Source: Coniocarpon cinnabarinum (lineage: Eukaryota). Taken from it: a stretch of DNA of 64,000 nucleotides. A model generated the notes under the pieces. It made no database searches. It saw only the letters and a list, made by a program, of their open reading frames with translations, and was not told the origin of the DNA. A program made the translations under genes and the position numbers. This document shows positions 35,899-46,500 of this stretch, piece by piece; the stretch's first letter is position 1; every line of letters begins with the position of its first letter. The stretch spans positions 124,001 to 188,000 of the forward strand of contig JAVECO010000019.1 of the NCBI GenBank assembly GCA_051942205.1, given 5' to 3'.

Positions 35899-38472
35899 AT
35901 GGAACATATGATATTGCCCTCCGATGCACTACCATCAAAGTGGGATACTGTGCCGTGGATGGGAGGCCAGCATGACGGTGGTGCCTTTGAAGACTATGTT
36001 TTCCGTCACGAAGTCTTTGGTCTGGAAATCCTTCGACGCAAACCTCGCACTTATCGTATCAGGGATTCATATCAAAACGAGTATGGCTTCGCTCTGGAGA
36101 GAATCTTCCAAGATTGGTTATTCTTCGGTCTGCTGCACGAGTGGTTTGGTGCGGAGCTTAACGACTGCGATTTTATCAGATCCTATGGTGCTTTTTTTCC
36201 AGATAGCCATGGGTCTATATGCACTTCCTGCCTGACGGGATTAGTGGAGTCATGGATGCAGAAACGTGCTGGCTGGAGACCACACTTTTGCGGTACTACA
36301 ATACAAAATATACCTGACGAAGCCGTTCATCTGCGCTCATGTCTCAATTCCACTTTACCTTTGCTATGGGCTGTCAAAGGGTCTAGCTTTGATTCGCGCA
36401 TTCGTCTATCAATACTCTCGACCATGGAGCTCTTGTGGGCCGCCCTCCAAAAATGTTATGGTGATGCAATTGGCGAGCCGGCGTTCTCTGCTGAAGCTCA
36501 GTGGGACTTTTCGCGTGATCAAGAAATGAGAAAACATGGCTGGTGTCCCTTTCTGAGCTTCCAGCTGCGCTACCATTTCTCTACTGTAAGTGCGCTCTAT
36601 TTTACAAGCCGTCTTCAGAAGCAATCCAGTGAGTTAGATCATGAGAACTGCACGAGAGGGGTATGCAAGAGATCTAACGTTCAGTTTGAGAGTCTTGAGA
36701 AGGACGGCTTAATTCATCGAGCTGAGTGCAGCGGCTGTGAAGAGCGTGGCGTGGACGACGACCAATTAGCGGCGATGATAATGCTATTGAAAGAGGGCAG
36801 GTTGCCTTTACTACGTCTGAATTACATCTCGGAAGCGGACTTCAAAGTCGAAGTCGTCCCATTCACTGGGAGGCAACGGTACATTGCCGTTTCTCATGTC
36901 TGGGCAGACGGTCTCGGCAACCCCAATGCGAACAGCCTGCGAAGTTGTCAATTGGCTCACGTGATGAAATTGATATCGAATGTATTGACAGCATCGACTT
37001 GTTCTAAAAGCTCTACGAGATATTTCTACTGCTGGATTGACACTCTTTGTTGCCCTGTTGTAGACGCAGAAGCCAGGTCTAAATCCATCGCATTGATGTA
37101 TACGACGTACAAGGACGCGCATCGGGTGCTTATGCTGGATCGCGAGCTTCAGTCTATCACTACAAGCCACATGGAGGAAACAGAAATAGCTGATCGCGTG
37201 CTTTCATGCGGCTGGACTCGTCGCCTTTGGACTTTCCAAGAAGTAGTGCTGGCTCAACATCCTTGGATCCAGTTTGCTGATGGACCACAAGACTTGCATG
37301 CCTTGGCGCACAATATTGAAAGGATTGCCAACTCAGCAAGTGACCATGACTTGCGACAGCAGACTCTTGCCAAAGGATTGTACCGTGGCCTTTGGGGTTT
37401 GATCAGCACTGAAAAGCAGTTCAACCTTTCCAGAGTCGTACGCGGCATTGAAGACCGCCTAGTGACGAGGCCTTCTGACGAACCCCTTTGCATCGCGCCT
37501 CTGCTTGGCTTGGATGTAGAGCCAATTGCCCGTGCTAAGGGCAAAGACCGAATCAAAGCCTTCTGGGAGGGCATCGCCAAATCACAGCACGGCATTCCAA
37601 AAAATATTATCTTCGCTCCAATACGAAAGCTGAGGTTCCCAGGCTTTCAATGGGCACCGCTCACATTGAGACATCGCATGATGTGGCAATGGATGTCAAC
37701 TTTGTCACTCGAGAAAGCTAGTCTGATGGAAGACGGGCTGCATGTCAAGTTCGCTGGTGGGAAACTTAGACCTTCAAGTACAATTCCAACCTCGATCAAC
37801 TCTGAGAAACTTAGAACCTTTGCGCGCCGAGGGGATGATGTCGAGAAAGTGTATGTCGTTGACGACTCAGGCCGCTGGTGGGAGTTTAACTCGTATCGCG
37901 TTATTAAGAAGATCAAGAAAGCTTGGCTCAAAGACGCTCGAGCGAGGGACTCCACTTGGACCTACAGCATTATCCTACAGAATCCAACCAGTGGGATCGG
38001 GCCAAATGGTGGAACACACCGTGGTTTGATAGTACGCCATCTCAATGACGATGGGATGCTCGTACAGCTGGGTGTGGACTCTGAGGTAGTCAGGCTTATA
38101 TACCGCGGACCCGTCCACAATGCAATCATGCAATACGCACATCGTGTAGCACAAGAGATCCAGAAAGAAAGGGTTTGGAGGACTGGCGGTGAAGATCCTG
38201 AAGCCGCGATACACCGCGGCGTGTGTAAGCTTGTCGAGGCTCAAGTCCACGACGCTAGCGAACTCAAAGACCTCTACGAGCAGATGGACATACCCGGAGA
38301 TGAGAGGGTCGCAGACCTGATGTCGAAAGTCTTGTTGATACTCGCAGGTATCTGGGTTTCTACAAACTCCTCATTCTTTTCGTCGTATGAATGGACGATT
38401 CACCCCGAGTCGGTGGGGTTTGAGCATGAGGCGGAAGCCCGACAGCAAGTCAGAGAGGTTTTTGGTATTTGA
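35899..38472 (+). CDS. HET (heterokaryon incompatibility) domain protein, intronless
   Basis: HET motifs YIAVSHVWADGLGN, WIDTLCCP, IALMYTTYKDAHRVLMLD, GWTRRLWTFQE. N-terminal QDWLFFGLLHE and GWCP motifs. First ATG is at 35899. Confidence 0.88.
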   Translation: MEHMILPSDALPSKWDTVPWMGGQHDGGAFEDYVFRHEVFGLEILRRKPRTYRIRDSYQNEYGFALERIFQDWLFFGLLHEWFGAELNDCDFIRSYGAFFPDSHGSICTSCLTGLVESWMQKRAGWRPHFCGTTIQNIPDEAVHLRSCLNSTLPLLWAVKGSSFDSRIRLSILSTMELLWAALQKCYGDAIGEPAFSAEAQWDFSRDQEMRKHGWCPFLSFQLRYHFSTVSALYFTSRLQKQSSELDHENCTRGVCKRSNVQFESLEKDGLIHRAECSGCEERGVDDDQLAAMIMLLKEGRLPLLRLNYISEADFKVEVVPFTGRQRYIAVSHVWADGLGNPNANSLRSCQLAHVMKLISNVLTASTCSKSSTRYFYCWIDTLCCPVVDAEARSKSIALMYTTYKDAHRVLMLDRELQSITTSHMEETEIADRVLSCGWTRRLWTFQEVVLAQHPWIQFADGPQDLHALAHNIERIANSASDHDLRQQTLAKGLYRGLWGLISTEKQFNLSRVVRGIEDRLVTRPSDEPLCIAPLLGLDVEPIARAKGKDRIKAFWEGIAKSQHGIPKNIIFAPIRKLRFPGFQWAPLTLRHRMMWQWMSTLSLEKASLMEDGLHVKFAGGKLRPSSTIPTSINSEKLRTFARRGDDVEKVYVVDDSGRWWEFNSYRVIKKIKKAWLKDARARDSTWTYSIILQNPTSGIGPNGGTHRGLIVRHLNDDGMLVQLGVDSEVVRLIYRGPVHNAIMQYAHRVAQEIQKERVWRTGGEDPEAAIHRGVCKLVEAQVHDASELKDLYEQMDIPGDERVADLMSKVLLILAGIWVSTNSSFFSSYEWTIHPESVGFEHEAEARQQVREVFGI

Positions 38473-38494
38473 TGCACATATTGAGCTTGGGTGG

Positions 38495-39455
38495 ATGGAC
38501 CAACTCGCCAGGAAACAAATTGGATTCTGGAGTAAGAGCTCTTGCTATCACGGAATTTTAGTCACGTCGGCGCTAGACACGATAGCGAAAGCTACTTCCA
38601 CCTTCCGAAGCGTCGAATGGCATTGTGCTAAGTGCTGTCGCCTTGTCGGATTCAAGTCTCAAGCAGAGCGGTTCGCCCAAGCCTCTTCAGTCGAGGAGAG
38701 CTGCGAATATGGCCATCGAAGCCCTTCCCGCCTCTTCAAACACTCATTCATGCCATGGCAGACGCTATCATCTTGTCAGGTTTTTCGAAGTCAGATCATG
38801 AGCAAGAGCCCTAAGTCCAAGCGAATTACGCTCAAAAAAGCTGCCAGCATAGCCATCAAAGCCCTACCCACAGCTCAACTGACTAAGTTGCGCTGTAGCA
38901 AATGCTGTTGTGTTGTAGGATTTGTCGAAGTTCATTCTCTACCAAGAGTCCTTGCCCCAAGCGTATTACCGTGACCAAAGCTGCAAGTATAGCCATAGCA
39001 GCCCTGCCGCCTTTTTAAAGCACCGCATTATGGTGTGGTAAGTGCTGTTGTCTTGTCAGATGCGCCCAGATCGACTCCTGCGTCCAGTCCGTGAGCAACA
39101 GCCCATGGCTTAGACTGATATCGACAGAGAGAGCTGCTCATGTAGCCGTAGCAGTCCTATCACCTTCTCAAAGCACCGTTTTTGAATCCAACAAGTGCTG
39201 TTGTCGTGTAAGGCTCGCCCAGGCCCATTCTCGCAGCCAGTTCTGAGGCAACAGCCCCTGGCATAAACATAATATAGCAGAAGAAGTTACGGACATAGCT
39301 GCGGAAGCTCTTTCAGCTTCTCAACGTACTGAATTTTATAGTGAACGGTGCTGCACCCTGAGACTTTGGGACACAATAGCAGAATCTGCGCCAGATATGC
39401 GCGACTCTCAGCGGAGCGGCAGCGTGCGAAAGATGGATTTCCAATGTATCTGAAT
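38495..39455 (+). pseudogene. Decayed tandem-repeat coding sequence (six copies of a ~51-codon unit with a KCC motif)
   Basis: Repeat cores lie at about 38630, 38760, 38900, 39040, 39193 and 39346. Differences between copies are concentrated at synonymous third positions in one + frame. In-frame stops and frameshifts are present. Confidence 0.55.
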
Positions 39456-41095
39456 GAGGAGTCTCTACCGTCAGCGACTATAGATCTTGAAATATACCAG
39501 TACGACGGCGAAAGCCATCTAAGCCTGTCAAAGCATCTTACTGAGTTATGGCATATGCTATTCTCTGAGACTCTCGCGACGCAACGACAAGACCCGCGAC
39601 AGTCAACTCGTGCGCGTCGCCGGAAACATTTGCGAAAGTCATCGAGGAGTCGGCGTCTCAACGAAGCCATTCACTAGCCGCTGCGGTTCAGGATAGAGGT
39701 GTCAATGTCTTAGATGTCTAATGAGCATAATCTATGGACTGTGCATCGTTATATTTGTACCTTTGCAACGCATTAAACACGTCTCGCCGCGAGCTAGCTC
39801 TTCGTGATCGCGAGCTTCTCATGCCAGCGAGCTCCCGGGCTTGTGCTTGAGAAGCACACCCAAACACAGCAGTGGCCGTGCAAATCTCATTAACATTCGT
39901 TGATCAGTAAGTCGTCTGTCTTGTCAGCCTCCTCAGCTAAACTGCAAAAAACAAGCCCGGCTCCGGCTCCCGTCCTTTACTTACCCTCTTCTTCAGATCG
40001 AAAATGAGAGACGGGCTAAGTCCAAAGATGTGCTTTCGGATTCCATCTTGGTCCAGCATTAACTTATCTGCTTTCTTTTTCTAGATAATGTCCATTACGT
40101 TCGCCTTGGCACGTAATCTTTGTTTAAGAACCCGTTACAGCAGGTATGACCAGGATTATGACTCCCGCCATCTCACCTCTACAGAGCCTAGAAGCAGCCA
40201 CAAAGATCGGCGAGAAAAATGCCCAACTCTAAGCGAGAGGCAAGTATAAACTTATATAGACAGCGATGTAGCGAGTCATAGACGATGATGGATTAATCTA
40301 GTCGTGCCTTTACTATCGTCCCATAATCTCAGCTGCGAAATAAAGACAGAAATGAGACTTCCGCGTTTTCTGGTATGGCGTCGGCTAATTCCCTAACAAT
40401 CCTTAGACGCGAGTAACGCTATAGTCGTACTTTCGCAGGCTTGTGTATACTTATATACTTTAGGCATGAATACGCGATCTTTGTCCAAGGCTGAGGCATG
40501 ACACATTTTGACACAGCACGGCATCGATCACCGAACCACTGAGCCTGTCATCTGGTAGGACACTGAAGACGGTCTGTTAATGAAGCTGGCCAGTCTGGTT
40601 ATTGGACTCAAAAGTGTCTCGCACGTGGAATAAGATATCCAGGTATGTGACGGTCCTATGTGCTGTAGCGTTAGCTTGTTTCAAAGAAGTTGTGTGTATA
40701 GGATGCGGTCGCTGTGTATTTACAGGGAAACACTCATAGTACCAAGCGGGAGCATTTGGATATGCATGACATTAGCTATTCTGGATTTATGAACCTATCT
40801 TGATTGGTAAGAGCCATTACTAAGCACCTCGCATGAATTTGGTGCCTGGTAGCCGGACAGCGCTACATCACCCCAACGCCAGCGCTCGAAATATTGCTTG
40901 CTCGATTTGCCGACTCTTGAAGAGTCCTGGGCAATACTATTGGTGACACATGCAAGCTGAGCTCTTGGACAACATCTGCTGCACAAAATAGACCAGACTA
41001 TCGCAAACCCTGATTCAGTAATCCCTGCGCTTTGACTGCGATGCGATGTATTCCATCACGTGGGTGGCTGTGACTTTGCATTTCCGCGGTTGAGC

Positions 41096-42382
41096 CTACC
41101 ATGCCCGGTTTCTCACTCGCAAAGGCTGATAGCTATCATCAGAGTCGTAGTCGTCTTCAGAAGGACTTGTAGGATATGTGTCAATGAACTGCAGATCGTC
41201 GTAAAACATGGTATTTCGAGTGGAGCGAGTGCTGCGTCGCAGAGGTGGTGATTGGGCAGCAAGCCTCTCAGCAGAGCAATCGAGGACGCGCTTGTTTTGA
41301 CCCAGGGAGGAACCAACTGACGACGACCCAGACGGCTCGAGACTGGGGATGGAGGGAGCTACCAGAGGCGGGCCGTTCAAAGGTGTGACGTCTGGCTCCA
41401 CCTTGGATGTCTGTGTTGAGATTGTGGATAACGAGGTGGTGGCCAAGGCTGATGTAGAGGAAACAGCCATCCTCGAGCTGGAAAGGGTCTTTCGGGACGT
41501 CGTGCACAAATTCCGTTGCCTGTTTCGAGTTGGGCTGATAGCCTCCTTCACGTCAACTGTCTTTGCAGTATCCGTTAAGGACTCTGGTGCCATTGGTTTT
41601 GAGGCGGACTTGGTTTGCTTGTCCCCATATTGATGCTGATGGAACTGTCCTACAGTCGGATCGACAGGTCCCACGGCTGGGTTTGTGATCGTGCGCGTTT
41701 CACCCTTTTTAAGGCAAGGTCGTTTGATGTCAAGGTGGTGCTCTGACACGCCTGATGAGGACAAGGATCCTTTTTGGGTTGATCGTGGCCCAGAAGGGGC
41801 TTCTGGGTGCTCATCTGCATACTTTGAATCTTCCATTCTCTTGTGTGCTCTGAAAGCTCGATGTGAGGCCGCTCGTAACTCGTTATCCAAACTGAACTCG
41901 TGTCCATGAGTGAGTTCCCACTCACTGCACCAAATGCTCTTGTACACCTTGTAAACATCACTGCTCAGATTTGGGACGATGGTGAAGTCTTTCTTGAATT
42001 GCTCAAGCGTCCGCGAGTCAAGAGGCCGAGTAGGAGTGTTGAGTATGTTCCTGGTCTCGGCGTATTGAGAAACACGTGCATCGGAGCGGGAAGAAGCGTT
42101 GAAATGAGATTTGGGGACATTATTAGAGGCTTCATTGCTGTGGGAGAAGGGCACATTCTCTTCATATGCTCTTGCTGTCGGCCTGAGCTGGATAGATTGT
42201 GGATACGGATACCCAGGGGTCAGATATAGACAAGGGCCAGGATGCCATGCACCGTTGCATGGATATGGACATGGAAGCCAGATGCCTTCATACAGAAATG
42301 GAGGCAAATACCCAGTATTTCGAGGAAAGGGACACAATAGGCCATATGGTGGCAACTGTGGGAAGAAACCGCCCGGGTTCAT
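41096..42382 (-). CDS. Hypothetical low-complexity protein (Pro/Tyr/Gly/Cys-rich N-terminus, Ser/Thr-rich body)
   Basis: 428-codon uninterrupted ORF. No domain recognised, and the 5' end is uncertain. Confidence 0.4.
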   Translation of the reverse strand: MNPGGFFPQLPPYGLLCPFPRNTGYLPPFLYEGIWLPCPYPCNGAWHPGPCLYLTPGYPYPQSIQLRPTARAYEENVPFSHSNEASNNVPKSHFNASSRSDARVSQYAETRNILNTPTRPLDSRTLEQFKKDFTIVPNLSSDVYKVYKSIWCSEWELTHGHEFSLDNELRAASHRAFRAHKRMEDSKYADEHPEAPSGPRSTQKGSLSSSGVSEHHLDIKRPCLKKGETRTITNPAVGPVDPTVGQFHQHQYGDKQTKSASKPMAPESLTDTAKTVDVKEAISPTRNRQRNLCTTSRKTLSSSRMAVSSTSALATTSLSTISTQTSKVEPDVTPLNGPPLVAPSIPSLEPSGSSSVGSSLGQNKRVLDCSAERLAAQSPPLRRSTRSTRNTMFYDDLQFIDTYPTSPSEDDYDSDDSYQPLRVRNRAW

Positions 42383-43523
42383 CGCGTGAACGAGTGGCTG
42401 TCGTGCCTATGTGCACATCGTCTGTGATTGAGTCTCCCGCTGCATCCATTCGGCGAATGAGGTGTTGGGAGCCATGCTGATGTGCTCGGAATAGTTGTTG
42501 CTCAAGAGAACAGAACAAATCACTTGAAATGAACTCTTCGAGCTAGAAGCCGAACACTTGCTGGTTGACCCCACCTCCCAAGGCCTCAGGATCTGGCTTT
42601 GTGTGCGGAAAAGGAAGACAATGTTAGGTTACATACCTGCTACTGGAGACCAGTAAAAACATTGAGGGACTGGATCGAATAGGGAAAGACAAGGGCAGTG
42701 ACAGTGGAGAAGTAATGCCAGTCGATCAACGAGCACTGAAGAAAGAGTGCTGTCGGAGCAAGACGAGGGCCACCACCAGTCCCGTCACTGATGAGGAAGG
42801 CGCGGCCATGGGCATCAGGCCCAGACGAAAGACTCCACCGCCTTGCTGCCATGGTAATTTGCACTCAACAATGCGTCGGAGAGGATGCCATGCAAGTATT
42901 CCTCATGGGGTTGCGGCTTCAGAGGTATCCAATTGGCGTATCGGATATTACTCGTCTGCCCGCCCTCTCAAAGCGCCCGTGCGGCTTTGGAGAAGCTGAC
43001 GTTGCAGTCGGAACGTCGCTTGGCTGCTTCCAGGTGTGCCTGTCCGGTTATGGCGGGCCAACAGGGATTCCCCAGAACGACTGCTAGATAAAGTCATCTA
43101 TCTTCTTCAATATCATCTTTTGTTTTGTGGTGTACTGAAAGAGTGAGTGATGCAGGAGACGTATATGAGGCTTCCGCAATGGCACGTGATGTTACACAAC
43201 AACAACGCTTACGTAACGCGTTTCATGTTCCAGGTGAGTCTCACATGTTGCAGAGGAAATTGAAGCAGTCTTCGCCCTGCTATGCAATCAGTATTCGCCA
43301 CAAGACCTTAGATATGGCCCTGAGCTGTCATCATGTTGACGTTGTGCATGACACAGGGGTAGGATTTGTCACCGCGTGACAAGAGTCTCGGAGAACAGTT
43401 TTCGCCACAGTGCAGTGCGATCCCCTGAGAAGCTGACAAGGCCATCGAGGTCAAGCCATGAGCTTTGATAACTGGTATCGACTCAGAGTAAAAGCTCTTT
43501 GTCTTGACTTTGTACCACCGCAC

Positions 43524-46500
43524 TCAACTATACTCCTCCAACACCTGGAAGATCGCTTTGTCATCTCGTTCTCGTGCCATCAAGCGCAGCGAAACGCCGT
43601 GTTCATTCGAGGTCCACGGACTAGCCCCGGCTTCACAAACCGAGCGAACGGCATCCACATGATTTTGGACACACGCTACAACAAGCGCTTTGTTCCGAAG
43701 CGACGGACTTAATTCGTTGAGCCTCGCTCCACCCAGCATCAGCACTAAAGCCGTGTCCCGATGACCCAGCTTCAACGCCATGTCAAGAGGTGTATCACCG
43801 CACATATCTCTCACATTCGGATCTGCGCATCGACCAATCAGAAGACGTGTGCATCTTTGACGGCCGAATCCCGCGGCTAGGTGCAACGCCGTGCGCTGCG
43901 TTAAGTTCTGAGCGTTCAAAGCATACCCTGCGCTTAGAAGGATCTCAAGCGTTTTGATATGGCCGAGCTGCGCTGCCCAATGAACTGGAGTGTTTGCCGT
44001 GTCGGGATCCGGTACGTTGACGAATGCGTTTTGAAGGGGTGAGTCGTCGGATGAGTATTTGCGTTTTCTGAATCGGCGCTGGATCAAATTGTAGGCTCCA
44101 AAGCGCGCCAGTGACCATATGGGGAGTTCGCTTTTATGAGGGTAGTCGGGCCATCCGCGCAGCGTATTGAAAGTATCTGGCGCCTCATGAGGAGTGGTCT
44201 CAACATCGTGTGCATGCTCAAGGACGAGCTCCTCTGGATCGTCCACTTGGTCTGGTAGAGTACTGAACTGCGAAGCTGACTGGTTGTCCTCGTCAATGCT
44301 CATTCCGAAGTCGCTATTCGCCTTGTGCACGCTCGGATACATGATCTCCATGGCTAGCGACTGTGGCAGCAGTCCTAGATAGCCATTCTGCCAAGCGACA
44401 TCTGCGGCTGTCCGGTGTGGAGCGCTGGTTTCACAGATAGTGGGACAAGCCTTGTGCTGCAGCAAAATGTCGATCATGTTGGCATTGCCAACGCGACAGG
44501 CGTCATGCAGCGCTGTCTCCCCGTTTTGACCTTGGGCGTTGACGTCGAGACCAACTTTGTCGAGCAGAAATATCGCAATTTCAACACGATTGTTGATTGA
44601 CGCGGCATGCAGTAGGGTACGGCCACAGTTGTCAAGAGCGCGATAGTACTCGTTCGCGATCTTGCCGTGCATAATCATGATGATCTCATAGTGATTGTGA
44701 TCGATTGCATGTTGCAGGAAGTTGCCGCCACCATGATTGTCTCGAAGACTTGGATTCGCTCCTTTGGCGATGAGTAAGCGAACAACTGAGGTGTTTCCAA
44801 GTCGAGCAGCATTTATGAGGGGTGTATAGCCATCTCGATCTGGGCTGTTAATGTTTGGTTGCTTGAAGCCTTTCTTACTGCGATTGAGCAATAATTTCAT
44901 GATGTCTGTGCTACCCAAGGTAGCAGCAAGATTCATTGCCGAGTGCCCATTGTCATCTATAGCATCAACTTCAACGCGAGAGTCATTGATCAGTAGGCAC
45001 AGAATCCTCAAGGAACCGATTTTTGTCTGGTAGTCGGTTGACTCTTCATCATAGTCCTCTGCATCAGCTCCGTCAGCCGTCGTTTGGTCCCCATGAATAA
45101 CGTTCTCAAGGTCGACATCCAAGTATTCGTCGGAGGATGATACATTGCCGTCGTTTAATCCATAGGAGTGCTCTGTGATCACCTCTTGTATTCCCTCATT
45201 GTAATCATTGTAATCTTTGAAAACTTCGGCGAATGCCGCGTAACGTGTCAGACTTAGTAGCAGCGCATTTTGATTCGATTCAGCTGGCAAGCGTCGGTTG
45301 ATGTGTAGTATGGCCTCATCATCCTCATCAAGCCGTCCTAGAATGGCCTCTACAACCTTCACCTGACCGTGCCAGGTTGATGCTATCAGTGGTGTATACC
45401 CGTCGCCATCAGCTAGTGCAAAGGATGCGCCCAGACGAATCAGTGCGAGCGCTGTCTTTTCACTGTCTTGTCGACATGCTTGGACGAGGGGTGTTCTATG
45501 GAACTTGGAGTCTTGGCTGTTTACTTCTGACCGAAGCTCACCCAGTTTGGAAACAACAGAATGAAAGTCGTAGCATGCACATATTTGAAACGCGCTTACA
45601 CCTACTTCCCGAGGAATATCCTCTGCGTCCCATTGATTTAGCGCCGATGCGGTCTTGACCCATGCGTCAATGCGACGTCTTCTTTTGAGAAATTTCTCCA
45701 AATGCTCTTCAACCTTGCTATCTGTCTGAAAATGACGCACATGTTCGGGCCAATGAACTGCAGCATAGCCAAAATACGGATAATGGGTCAAGGTTGATTC
45801 TAACGAGGAGCATAGTCGGTCCAGGACGTGGTTCAAGAACTCCAACATTTCAATTACACTTGTGCGTTCCCAGTCTCTGATCCACAAAGTCGCAGCAGAG
45901 TCGGATTCGTTGACCGATTTGTTAGACGCTAAGCTCTGCATGCATTCACGTAGTGTACGATGCATGTTCCAGCGGCACTGCCTCGCATCTTCTTCTGGAC
46001 CCTTCCCAATTAGCCCACATGTCGATAGTATGATGCTGGAAGGATCGGGACGACGGCTTGGATGATGTGTCAATGCTGTCCTTTGGGTCGTTTTAAGGCC
46101 GTCGCCCACATACAGCGGACTTGTACCGCGAGTGCGTAGCGCAATGGCGTCAGCAAGTTCTGCCACGGTGAGATCTCGATACGCGAATGCAGTCAACGTC
46201 AGTGACTTGCGAGCAGTGATGGCCTCAGGCGAGGGAGGCTGCGAAAGCCTTCCAATGATTGAGAAATAAGCGTCCTGGATGGAATTTGGAGTGTCTTCAC
46301 GCATTTCTTGAATATGCGCGGCTGTAGGCATTGTACGCACATGCTCAATGCACAAGCGAGCGAAGAGAAACGAACCTTGAGCCCTCTGGGCCATAAGCTC
46401 AGGTAGACCATCAGCGGCATTGCGCTTCGCTTCCGACAAGTCAAGCTTTGCAATGCCTCTTTCAATGAAGTTGTGAATCACCGAGTCTGGAATACGTACT

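Noticed and set aside
38387..38974. 195-aa ORF as an intact gene
   Set aside because: It crosses repeat copies in inconsistent registers, so it is better explained as part of the decayed repeat array.
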